From assembly GCA_002633005.1 (NCBI GenBank), contig NMRA01000849.1:69571-121296 (forward strand): a stretch of DNA of 51,726 bases, written 5' to 3'. The translations under genes and the position numbers were made by a program. The stretch is from Phoronis australis (Eukaryota; Animalia; Phoronida). Below are positions 24,830-37,185 of the stretch, piece after piece (the stretch's first letter is position 1; each line of letters opens with the position of its first letter). The notes beneath the pieces are model-generated. The model ran no database searches and was not told the DNA's origin. It was given only the letters and a program-made list of their open reading frames with translations.

Positions 24830-25953
24830 GGGCCGGTCGAACCTAGGAACCAATATGGGTAGAACCAATTTTTTCGGTTTTATTTTTTTCTCGTTTTGAA
24901 AAATTACTTTGCTATCATCGGAAAGGTAGTACATTCTACTCACTAAAGATCGAAAAAGTATCAAAATCGGGGCAAGCAGTGTAAAGTTATTGCAAGTGTT
25001 GTGGCAAAATTACATGTAGGGTCACTTTGTTTGGATCGCGTCGGCGATATTGGAAGACAGCGGGATAAGTTACGAGTTTAAAACTTTGTGTAACTTGTTT
25101 ACAGCAACAAATTACGGTGAAATGTAGTTAGACATATCTTAACTTACTATTCTGCACGATTAAACAATGTTCACCAAATTTCAGCCTCGCAGTTGTTACT
25201 CATTAAGTGATAAATGTGCTCACAATTCCCGTTCGACTTCGTCTCATTTCTAGCGGCACCGACAACATGACGACATTTGATGAACTGAAAGGCATGTTCA
25301 ATCGGCTACTTTGTAATTTGTGAAGATTTAACGTTGATACATTTTGACAAACGTTGCTACAAAAAAGAACCTTTTTCAATTTTCGTGTTTTTTGTGCAAA
25401 AATATAAGATATATTCGAATTATTTTACTAATAAATTTCCCATTCAGGTGATCTAAGCTAAAAAAATAGTGGAAATAATTTTGAAATGGTTTCTTGTTTG
25501 ACTGTAAACTGCTGTTCAAGACTTGATTCGGTGTCACAAAATGATTCATATTTTTCTAAATTTTAAGTCTCAATTGCTTTCAAGTCATGTTTTGTAACTT
25601 ATTGCTTCTTAATTCAGGTTATCAAGTCAACAATATGAATATTGTTAATTTGAGAAATAAGCTATGTTGTATTGTGAAGCTTCAAGCCTTGCAACTTCAT
25701 ATCTTTTTAAATGATGCTTATCAAATTCTGGTGTAAGGAAACACTATTCCGTCACTATGGTAATAGTAACATGTATGTCCACTTTCATATGGAAACTGTT
25801 GCTGTTGAATAGTGTTTGTAATGCTGAATGTTGTAAAGTATTGTGCATTTTAAGTTACTTGTTATGTTAAAAGTTTGAATCATTTTGGGTTAATGAATAA
25901 AAATGATAACATGTTGTATTGGACTTGTCATGCTTATGTGCTCGAACGAGCCC
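24830..25953 (+). mobile_element. Copy 2 of the 690-1911 repeat, possibly a complete internally deleted element with short TIRs
   Basis: Homologous to 1911-690. The left end GGGCCGGTCGAAC resembles the reverse complement of the right end CTCGAACGAGCCC. Confidence 0.7.
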
Positions 25954-27746
25954 CCTTTTTGGTGAACTGTAAAAAGGTCTGCCTAACGCACACAAGCACG
26001 AATTCCGAAAAAAAGTAGCAAATGAGACAATATTCCACTAGAAGACAGGAAGTACCAAAATGTAGAGTCTGCAATTCATAGCTCTGAACACACCCACTGA
26101 ATCTTATAGTAAAAGATAGACATTCCCAAAAATTCCAGTCCTCCCATTCTTTTAGGCTTTTTGCGCTCATACAAAGTCTGGGAAAATCTCTTTTGAAAGC
26201 CAACAACTTTGCACAGTTCGTCATAAGTACCCAAGTACTAAATAAACCTCGTTTGAGCGAGCGCTGTGGCCAGCGACCAGTTAGGCCTAAGGGTAGCCTT
26301 GGCGCAAAGCTGTATAGGCCTACTAACAAGCTTTATTTTGACGATAGTTTTCACTGGTAGCTGGTGACTCATGCTAACTATGGTCTGCCGCGGCAGTGTG
26401 ACACAGGACTAACCAGACCGTAATTTCATGCAAGTGTCTGAAACTACCCTTGAATATATGCTGCATTTAGGATTTGACCAATTTACTTCGACAAAACAGC
26501 TTGCAACCGCACGCATTTACCGTTCGCCAGTGTCTGGTTTCGATCCGCACCGGGTCCGATAGGCTGCGGTCCCGAGTATGGCAAAATAATTTCTGTCAAA
26601 ATTTATTCGTCACATTTCTAAATCAAATTCGATAAAATTGTCCGTAGTTTGATTTTATTAAAATTAAGGCGCGCTGTCGATTATTTTATCCCCGTTTGCT
26701 GGCTGGTAACAGTACAGGCACTGCTCCAGTCGCACTGACGGCGTTTTCTCGGCCAGGGTTCCTGAATGAATTGTACTTCCGGGTTCGCGGCAAGTTCAAA
26801 ATGGCGGTGTTTCTTCTGGTCAGAATCGTGAGTGGCGCGTTCATTTAAACTTTTTTCGAGTACGGATCTTGTATTAGTTATGGGGTAAGTACTTCTTGGA
26901 TCATTATAACCTCCTCTAACCATGTAATAAGGGTTAACAACGCGTGAGAGAAGGACTTTAACCTCTTCAAGAGATAAGAATAGTTCACAATCATCATTCA
27001 ACAACCTGGCATGCTCGAATAAAATCAAATCACAGACAACTGAACATTTCGAAACATTAACTCGAAACTAACCCAAGTATTAAAATTATCATACAGCATC
27101 AAACAAAGAAAAACAAAGACATACCTTAGGCATTTGAAAAGTAGCAGCCTTTGTAAACATTTTGCAGAATCTAATGCTGACTAATTGTGGTTTGTTTTAT
27201 TTTTTCAACATTTGTATACTGAACCTCGTATATGAAATAATCATGTGACACTATGAGCTAAGTTGAACACATCCATACGTTGAAGGGAAAATGAGTATTT
27301 TATATCCAATTAGCTAAATAAATGCAGGCGATAAAATAAAAAATAATAATTTCAGGCATACAAAATCATAGCAGCAAAATATTAGTTTTGTGAAAAGCAC
27401 GGTCCTCATGTGATACCAAATTTCTAAATGTTGGCATTGTACAGCCTTTCATGGTCTCTGCAGAAATCTGGAGTCCGCACTTTTCAGAACTCTGAGACTT
27501 GATATAATCCATTAATTTGGGGTATCTGTCCACAACAGGAATTCATGGCCGGCACAGTGTTGGTGGGAGTGGGCATTAGCTCCCAAGAGTTATAGTCTTT
27601 TCACTTCATAATGCGTATTTTCAAAGTCTTCTTCTGTACTAAAAAAGTTGAAAAATAACCAGTTAGAGGGTACAAAATGAAGTATAAAATTTGAATTTTG
27701 TATTGAGCTTGTCGCTCAGGAAATACATGAATACTTTCTTAGTTAA

Positions 27747-30700
27747 GTACTAGTCCACGAGAGCACCAGCCATGAGCGGCAAGGTGGGGGTCAGCCGATT
27801 TTCACCAAATTTGGCACATAGGTAGTCCTATGGGATCTATAAACAGCTGTAAAATATTTCCTCAAAATATTGCGTTTTTCTAAAGTTATAGGCTCAAACA
27901 CATTTTACGGCTTCGCAGCCATGTTTTCACGCTATAAAAACTGTCCAGTTTTAACTGTTCATATTTTTCCTTGAAAGAAAGCTATCGATTTATTATTCAC
28001 TTGGCATTGTTTATTGGTGCCTGTAGATTGTTTCACAGATGTCTTGAAACACGATTCCGATTTACCACCCTCATTTAGTAGTTTTACTACACTGCCCCCC
28101 GTTATGCCATTTTGAGGTTGTGTTCAGTACACTGCTGTACCAAATCTGCCCCCACTGTTATGAGAATGAAACTTAGCCAAAATGTTGACAAAACATGTTA
28201 CTTTCATTTCATAAAATAAAAACATTGTCAGCCAGTTTATTAGTTGTATATTTTGGCACCTCAAATGTACTAAAATGAGAAATTTTCATATATCTTAGAT
28301 CGATGCGTGAGCACCGTAAAATCCAATTGTCCTTCATGTTTTTCGATATTTTGCAACAACTTAGTTCCTCCTGAATGTTTTGAACGTTTTACTACTGATC
28401 ATTTAGGGCTATAGTACTTCTAAATACCATACATGTCTTCATTTTGTAAAAAGCCGATTATGTCCTCCACAGTGAACAGGGTTAGACATGAACTCGACTA
28501 ATGTAGGTTATTTTGATATACAGTTGTTTTACTTTGCATTTTCCTCATGGGTATTTCTTCACACATTTTCAAGTCAGGTTTTCTGTTGATCAAATGTTCA
28601 TGCAATGCATTGTAATATCAAATGAATGATAAGCTTGGTTGCATGACCGCAATTTTTCCCACGACTTAAAACAAAAGACCGCAGAAATTTTCCTGACGAA
28701 ATACCGGGTATGCAGTTCTGTAAAAACATTCGAATGACAAGACAAACTCCACCACTGTCCATGGCAACTCGTCGCATGTTTTTCGCCCATCGGTCCTATC
28801 ATTGTTTTCCTTTGTTGTGTCATTGTTGGATGTAAGAACACAGGTCGCATGGATATAGAACCTTGCGTACATAAGACCGTTGCCGATAAGTGCTCGTCAT
28901 TATATCTTTATTATAACAACGGGAACAATGAAGATGCTAATCTATTGTTCTCTATGCCACCAGGTTTCCCGTAGATGACCACAGAAGAGGAAAGTACCTA
29001 CAAACAATGACCACGCCCCTTAGCAACTATTACCGCGCACACGAATCACTTCCGTGGAACCTAAACACCAAATTTTTATATCCGTGTATTGTGTTGTATT
29101 GCTCATGGTACGAGTTCAGACTCTGTTGTATTAAGATTCCAATCCCCAACCCTGTAATATGTAGTTTGAGTAAAATGTTTAGACAATGCAGGTTTATGGA
29201 TTTATTCTCCTTCAAATGAAGAGTAAAAATCAAATTCTGCACAGGTTTTTTAGAAGTAATTACTTATTGGAAGATCACACATCTAAAAAATTAAACAATG
29301 TTTGACAATTTTATTCATTATCTTATTTGAAAATTGCCTACCTCACAGACAACTCATCTAAGTTGAAAATATTCCTTGTCAAAAAATATAAAATACCAAC
29401 CAGAGACTTGTGTACTACAAAATATGTTTTCGTAATACAATGCAAAAAATAACTGTACGGTCAAAAGTGCAAATGTTACGACTCCAATAAAAAATTGCCT
29501 TCTAGATCTTTTCAACACTCTAATTGCTACAGGACAAAGTCAATCACCCAAAGCTCATAAAGTTAGGGAATTACATTTAAGGTGATGTAGTCTCACTGCG
29601 AAAAAGTGATTTAGCAATAACGCTGACAACACTGGAAATCTTCTTCACAAACTTGAGGTAGCTGTATTTACCACATCAATGTTCTTATCAAAACTAACCA
29701 CAACAAAATGAAAAATTGGCTTAACGGTTCCAATTAGGCAGCATTTTACAATGAAATGGTCATGAAAAAATACTTTTGCAACATGGTTTGCATTACAATT
29801 GCCCTACGATTACAGTTGTACATACATACTAGACCACTAACAAAATTACCCATGGGAACCATAAAATGGTCAATTCGCCAAAAAAACAAGGAGCCACCAG
29901 AGCTAATGTGCCAATACTTTTCAGTACTGCAACAAAAAATCATTTGAAGTGGACATAAACTCGCCTAAAATCACATAAAAGAACTTTTGATTTAAACATT
30001 TTACCATCACAAAATAGGTATTACTTCCAGGTCACTTTTGAGCAATTTCAGAACTTTGAAAGATCTGGCAATATGCAATTGCTAGAGACCAGACTAACAG
30101 TGTGCGATTTTATACACACAGCATGGTCTCAAAGAATAGCAAACTGTCAATTCGCTACAATTCCAGAAATCACTTCCCATCTGTATAAGGAACAAACTGA
30201 GCAAAGTTTATAGAGGTAAATGGTCTAAATCAAAACATATTACCTCCTGGACAGAGTATGGGTTTACAACCCAGGCAGAAAGATAAGTTAACAAAACCAG
30301 GCTAACTGCAACAGGGTCTCAAATTTCAGTAATATATACCCATTTACAAACAAAAATCTATAATGGTAAATAAAATGCAGAAACATAAATTCAGATCAAT
30401 TACGCATCTTCAAGGAAAAGGAATTGTACAGTGGTCAGAAATCATCTAATGTGATGGCAACACTGAGAAATCCTGTCAGACCAAAAAATCCAGTGGCTAA
30501 ACAAAATTAACAATGTACCATTACCATGTGGCCCAGGATCATGATCCGTGCCTGGACAAAAATTCAGTCTTAGAGTAGGTAAATTTTAGATTTGTGCTGT
30601 TCACACAAGCAGTTCTGGTGCAAACAAAGCTTGCGACAACACACAAGCCTACTTCCCTCCACAGCTGTGCTGATACAATAATGCCCCCACTGGATTTAGC

Positions 30701-32710
30701 AGATCAGACAGAGTATTTACAGGTCCAGCCACTGTACTGTTTCCTCCTTTTGAATTTTTACAATGCTACATCCTTGACAATCGCAGATTGCCTCTTTCAA
30801 TGGATTCTCCACTTCCTCTGTCCCAGTTTCCCCACATTTGCTGAAAGTGGCCTATCTCAACAAATTACTTTGGACCTGTTGTGGTATAACCCAGTAATCT
30901 TTGGCAAATACTTTTCCCCAACTCGTTCCTCAAGCTACAAATTCTCTTTGACATATCTTCTGGGAGTAGACTTTTCGGCCTCTCTCTGGCTCCCTCACTT
31001 AGTTGTCCAGAAGGGTGCCTTGTCGCTGGTTGTGAACTTTCCATACCCAACCTTTACTAATAATCGGCAAGTCTCCAACTTCAGCAGAAGCCTTTCCTGA
31101 TTCCTAAAATTGTATTAATGAAAAATTAAACATATTATATTTAATGTGGCCACTTCGGCTGAGAAAATATGAATACCAAGCTAAAGTGAAGGCACCAATA
31201 TTTTTGATGGCTTTAGCACGTTTAATTAACTTCATAATCGCAGAAAATCATTGGTAGACAAAACATACTCCCTAGTCTTTAAAAGTAGTTCATGGGCAGA
31301 AGTCATGTTACACATTTGCTGGTTGTTATGAAAATTTATGATGACTACCTATTTTCTATGCCAATGTATACATGTTGCATAAACATCAACACATTTGAAT
31401 AAGATATGATTGAGCAATAAGGCCCGAGTTATAAGCAATCACGGTGTGTCAATAAAAGTATTTTTGCATGAATGACGTGCTTCTAAAAATATTCCTCAGG
31501 GTCAGACCCTGGAGTTTAGTGATTCCTACCTGAGCTCACACGAAACAGGACGTTGAACCTTGACTTAACGTCTTTGGTCATTTTTCAGACCTCTATCAGA
31601 TTTCTCCTCTAGTGTGCAGTGGATGTTCTAAGTGTCTTTGGCGACGCCAATATATCTCGATGATTCGGTTAAGTGAATCTAATACGGTAGATTATGTAGC
31701 TCCTGCACACCTGCCTCCGAGGCAGACACTGAGACAGACTTCTTCTCAGGAGGACACGTTCCACCTCCACATCAGCTCAAAGTACTCTTATAAGGTGCTC
31801 AAATGTTTCGCTCTATACCTTGTGCATTTCCCAAGAGTTTCTCTCCGCAATTTGTAGAAATACCACATTCGATGCGACTGGCAATGCCAGATAAATAGAT
31901 AACTTCGCAAACCCGCACTTTAGGTCAGCCATCATTCAACTAACGCATTGTAAGCTTTAGTTTGGTATACAGACGAATTGAATGAACAAATTTAGTATAA
32001 TTTAATATTTTATTGGGAAATGCTAGTGCCCTTAAAATTAATTAAAAACATTTAAGCTAACCAATTGTTTTAATTGTATTATACCACGGTATATTAATGC
32101 GTAGAAACGGCGCACAACTAGTGACTGGTTTAACATGACAAATACACATACGCGGTCTGAAAATAGTGAAATTGAGACACCTATTACCAAGCCTGCCTGA
32201 AGGGCTGACAAAGTTTTTATTGTATTAATTTCAAGGGTATGGGGTCTTCTACATGTCCATGTTATTATTTTTAGTTTTCTCGCGGGGGCAGCTTCGCTAT
32301 AAGGGTACAACTTACTGCTGGTTTTTCACAAGACCGAAATGTACCTCCACGGAAACAGTTCCAGTGTTACCATGGTAACCGATATTGCAGTGGCGTTGCC
32401 GTTTTTACTGTTATTGGTCATGAGCCTATCATGTGATATAAATTGTTCAGAAACGATTCTGTTTGAAGCAGAAACTGGAGTTGAAACTTTGGTCAAAAAT
32501 GACTCATTCCACACCAAGAAATTGCCTCATTTTGCCCCCCAGAACACTTCCCTTGTATCTCCTAAACTACCGAACTTTGTGGTGTCATACTTCACCCATT
32601 TTCTCTCATCACTAATGTGATTCATCAGAATAAACATGGATCTGAATGGCTGACCCCCCACCTTGCCGCTTGTTGGCTGTACAGTGGTCGGTGGATCCGT
32701 GGACTGACAC
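27747..32710 (-). mobile_element. ~5-kb TTAA-flanked TIR DNA transposon (tentatively Sola3-like), decayed
   Basis: Left end TTAA|GTACTAGTCCACG...AGCGGCAAGGTGGGGGTCAGCC; right end GGCTGACCCCCCACCTTGCCGCT...CGTGGACTGACAC|TTAA. It contains a decayed internal ORF. Confidence 0.75.
30570..31932 (-). pseudogene. Decayed two-exon Cys/His-rich transposon ORF (exons ~31932-31530 and 31103-30570)
   Basis: Frameshifted peptides MADLKCGFA..ECGIS..LGKCTR..KHLSTL..EVERVLLRR..PNHRDIL..WRRQR..EHPLH..KSDRGL..MTKDVKSRFNVLFRVSS, then G|gtagg. Acceptor ttttag|GA ATC, ending in a PHD-like CDCQGC...CLIC*IQWGHYC...CCRKLC. Confidence 0.5.
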
Positions 32711-33799
32711 TTAATTACCCATAGTCTTTAGAAAATTTAATATGCTTTTGACTAAGAGCATTAATAAGGGTGTTATTTGCTACACGTACTAATGGAAACT
32801 CCAGAAATAGGAAAACTACCATAAAACTTGTAAGAAGTCTATTCACTGAAGAAAAATAATGAGTACAAAGCATGGGTATCAGTGACAATTGTATTGTGAC
32901 TTTCTCATAACATCATATTACCTACATGTACATCTATGAACACAGTGTTTCATTTTAAATGGAATTTAAATGTTTTACGCTATTTGGCACGTGGGAATAT
33001 CGTCCAGCACCAACATACATTTATCGAAGGCTTCAAACTGATAACCTCTGCAGTGCTGTGACGGTTTGAATGGCCTTCACAAAGTAGCTTTCGTCACTCA
33101 ATAGGGCCAAAGTGAGTACTATTTCACTTTCCAATTTATAGTGTTTGTGATAGCCAAATTCTCTAGCATCTCATTAACTCATAGCTAAAGTTTGATTTTT
33201 AGTCCTGTGAGCAGAACAGTTAAATAAACCATACTGCAGAGACACTACAGGTAGATGACTGGTGGCAATGGCAAACCTCTAATATCCAAAACATCTCTTA
33301 CTTAGTGCCTATAGCTCAATTATTTAGTTTCAGTTCATGTAACCAAAATAAAATTTTACTTTTTTCTCATTGCTTTGATGTGAGAATTTTTACACCGAAT
33401 CATGAAAACGTGTTTCTAAGTCTCAAGTAATTAAATTAAATAAAATACGCTAAGTCAAAACACGATTAACTGACACTTGTCTTGGCAACTACATGCACAT
33501 GCAGGTTTAGGTCTGTAACCCAACTCATTTTGAAAGCTGTGCTCTACAACTTAAATGTAACTGCCATAACCTTAATCAATTGAATCAGTTAAAAACTTCC
33601 GTTTTGTTTGCAAGACAAAAGCTACTTATTTATTAGTGAAACATAAAAGTCACTTAACAATCAAATTGACAAAAATACAATGTTGAAATCAAAAACTCAC
33701 CATTTAATCTATGCAGCTCTTGACAACCAATTGGTGACACGTAATTAAAATAAACATTGCAGGTAACTTGTTGTTAAATAAAACCATCTAGAAATTCCC

Positions 33800-33991
33800 T
33801 AAGTCTTGAAATTCAATAGCCATTCACTTGCACGACATCCTGAAAATTTCTAAGTCCTCATATTCAATAACTATTCAATTCCGAACTGCCAAAATTGTTC
33901 TAAGTCCTGGAATTCAATAGCCATTCAATACAGAACAGCTAAAAATTTTTTAAGTGCAGTCATTCAATAACCGTTCAATAGCCATTCAATT
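33800..33991 (+). repeat. ~50-bp tandem repeats containing ATTCAATAGCCATTCAA
   Basis: Four units beginning TAAGT(C) at ~33800, ~33851, ~33901 and ~33951. Confidence 0.8.
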
Positions 33992-34000
33992 GACGGCATG

Positions 34001-34080
34001 CCGTATTCGCCGTAATAACAGCCCATGCCCCTATAAGCGCCCCCACGCGTTTTCAGACTTTGCTGAAATAAGTGCCCAGT
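34001..34080. mobile_element. Left terminus of a Tc1/mariner (pogo-like) element
   Basis: CCGTATTCGCCGTAATAACAGCCCATGCCCCTATAAGCGCCC. The matching right end was not identified. Confidence 0.45.
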
Positions 34081-36778
34081 CCTTGAACGTGTACCTGTGA
34101 ACAATGACGTACCTACAGTCCTAAAACTCGGCTACAGTAACGTCTTCAGTTTATCAAAAAATTTGTGCACGGGTCTTCTAGACCACCAGCTGCACTGCTA
34201 CTTTTGTATTTAGCCGTGACTTTACACTTCAAAGTAACGCCGCGCTTCAAAAAGAACAAAACAGCGTTGCTACGCACTCGTGACGACCGTGTCCCACTAT
34301 GGTCAGACCTTTCAGTAGACACATCGAATGTGTCATGAATAAAAATAACTCGGTGTTAAACGCACGTGGCCAGGAAGCGAGTGCTACATACATGAACCTG
34401 TCATCAAAGACATTAGTCGGGAACTATCCATTCATGAAACGGGTAGCATAGCATCGATAAGAAATGATTGTTGGCACTAATTTCCGACAATTTGTAATAC
34501 TATAAAACACGTTTACGTTACTTTTGAGATGGATTGTTTGATTAACCATAATTGATGTTTTTATGCCGAATATCCGATAAAATGACAACTGACAGTGAAT
34601 GCTTACACACCCTTACACCGAAAAATAACTGTCAGATAGTTACGTGCGCATCCAGCTACACGGCGACTAATATGGGCCTTATCGAGAGAAATGTCAAAAG
34701 TTTTTAGCACGAGACCGGCAAGTGCTGAATGAAACACGCTCTGGTTTAGGCGTACTGCTTGTGCAAACTTCTTTACAAACATCTAGCTATTTAGATGGCG
34801 TGGCTCTGGCCAAAATACGGTCTCTGCTTTGGCAAATGAACTCTGGTGACACGCACGCGCTCGCTTACTCGCAGACGAACTTCAAAACAAACGTCACGTG
34901 ACAACAACATGTGTGTTCGTCCACACATTTTTCTCGCCGTGTTGCCGATCATACATATAGATAGCACGATGTTGCACAGATTTGTACTTAAACCTGCCGT
35001 TATTCCAGACTCCATGGGAACTTAAGAAATCTTAGAAACGCTACTTATCAAACTTAATCAGGATTTCAGGTAATTTGCTTGAGTCGAAACCATTTTTATT
35101 CACGCATTGAAGTTGCCATATCGAATACGGCGATTTCGAGGCAGTCAGTCGGCGAGTTTTCGCCCTCGGAGTTCAGCACAATTTTCTGTAAAATGATCGT
35201 AATTTAGCAGCAAAGTTTGACAAATGTGTTGGTTGAAATTTCTTCTATAGCATCTGCACTGACGATAATTCAGTACTTATTACACATCGTTACCAGTGGC
35301 AGCCAATCGTTGCAGAGACGAGCAGATGCCGGCGCGATATTGTCTAACGTAATCTCGTTCTCATTTTTCAGACAGTTCTCCAGCGCGCATTACGTCACAA
35401 CGAAAAGACACTATAATCTACATAGTCAATGAATACCTGGTTTGCAATGTTGCTGGATACCCACCGCCACGGTAATTTCTTGGAGCTTCAGGCTTGACTG
35501 TCCTGTAGACCGTTACCTGTTTTGTCGTAAAGAATGCGTTCACTTATATCCGTTCCCATGTGGTTTTGTTGCGCATGTTCTGCTTGATAGTCATGTCGTT
35601 TGGTTGACTGTTCGATATCTCAGAAACCCCAGGTCAGGTCTTGATAATGCAACTTTTGTGTGTTTCTTGGGATGAGGAACTTTTTACCATGATATCTACA
35701 TGTAGTCATCTAATTGATGGATTTCAGTGAAATTTAACTGAGATCGAGAGAAGTGCACGGGTACATTCAAAAATCACTGAACCGTGTCCAGTAGGTGTCC
35801 TGACTTGGTGGTAGGGAAAAACGCTGCACGGTACGTGCTATGACGTACGTCGATAGTGCAAAGGTCCCCTATTTGCAAATTTTTATTTCAACTTTGCAAG
35901 TTGAGAGTGAATACAACTGCACTTTTTAGTTGAATTTGTTAAAATAGCATTTCCGGTTATTCCTGCTATGGTCAGGAGGTTGCTAGGTGTAATAAGAAAA
36001 TATCGCTAGAGCATCTGAAAACTTTTAGCCATTTTCAAAAATTATTAGCAAGTTACCTTTTCTTTTCCCAACCCCTCAATTGGTAAACATATCGCTACAG
36101 AGATCAAACTGTTTATGTTTCGTGTTATGCACAGGTCCTTTACATCAATGTACTATAAAAAAACGTTTGCCTTAAAAAAATGATCAACATTTCAAGGTCA
36201 CGTGGCAACCTAAGAAGCTGGAGGAGATGTCAGCCAGCATGGGTATTATTATGGCCTAAAGGTTTTGGCAGCCCCCCATCCCAAGGTTAGGATGGGGTAC
36301 GCTGAGGACATGCCTTGGGCATTCCATTTATATTGACGTAAAAATATGTTCAGATATTTCCCCCTGTCCTCTGGTTTAATCGGGGTACGCTGTCCAGGTG
36401 GGCATTTTGAAGGGTGAGACATTTAGGTGAACAACGTTAACATAAATTGCGACTGGCAAAATGAAGCTGAATTGTGTAGTGAATGTAAAACTCGTTAAGT
36501 AACAAACTGACATTTACACTTTTTACTTTGCTTTCTTTAGCCCGCTGCCGAAATGCAAACGGGTCCTAGTCTCTCAAAATCTTTTTACACTTGCGACATT
36601 AGGCAAGCTACATGTAAATATAGGTACATGAACATGTACGACTTGTGACCTGTTTTGATATAAAAAATGTATAACATTTTCGGTCTTTCTGGAATGTTCC
36701 GCGCCTTTTGTTCTGTTGTGAATGTTGGTTTGTGTGGTCTCGTCTTTCGTGTTGTCTCATGTGTTCGTGTTCGTCCGT

Positions 36779-36925
36779 GGGTTTCCGAATGTTGTAAGTT
36801 CTAGTATTGTCACGTGACTGGGGACTCAAGAGAGCTCTCTCTTCGTGTGGCCCTGCTGCACGCAGGACGTCTGCGTTTGTGGATCTTCATCTGAAGCGTG
36901 TATTCAAGCTTTCATAGGATTAAAG
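36779..36925 (+). promoter_or_regulatory. Candidate promoter / non-coding first exon, possibly of the kinase gene
   Basis: Palindromic E-box GTCACGTGAC (36809-36818), GGGTTTCC (36779-36786) and a strong donor AAG|GTAAGC at 36925/36926. The link to the kinase is inferred only. Confidence 0.25.
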
Positions 36926-36989
36926 GTAAGCTGCACGAGTTCTGTGTATCAAGTCACAACATTTGGCGTACAGCACACATCACGAATTT

Positions 36990-37185
36990 TTGGCCGCCCG
37001 GTCGGAAATTGGTCGACGACTAGCCGTCGACCGGTCGGCTAATTTGCCGACCGGTCGGCTAAAAATTAGGCAGCCGCCCGCAGTGCCGACTCATAAGGCG
37101 ACTCCCCAGCCGACCCTTCAGCCGACCCTTCAGCCGACCGGCCATCAGCTGACCAGCTGGTCGGCTGCTATTTTTAGGCTAGAGT
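36990..37185. mobile_element. GC-rich MITE with GCCGAC(C) subterminal repeats in both orientations (CACTA/EnSpm-like architecture)
   Basis: Many GCCGAC/GTCGGC units and a terminal TTTTTAGGCTAGA. The same terminal string occurs at ~42029-42042. Confidence 0.45.

Noticed and set aside
690-25953. A single giant 25-kb TIR element (e.g. Polinton/Maverick) capturing the lectin gene
   Set aside because: The termini point inward, the copies are clearly diverged, and no polB, integrase or capsid ORFs are present.
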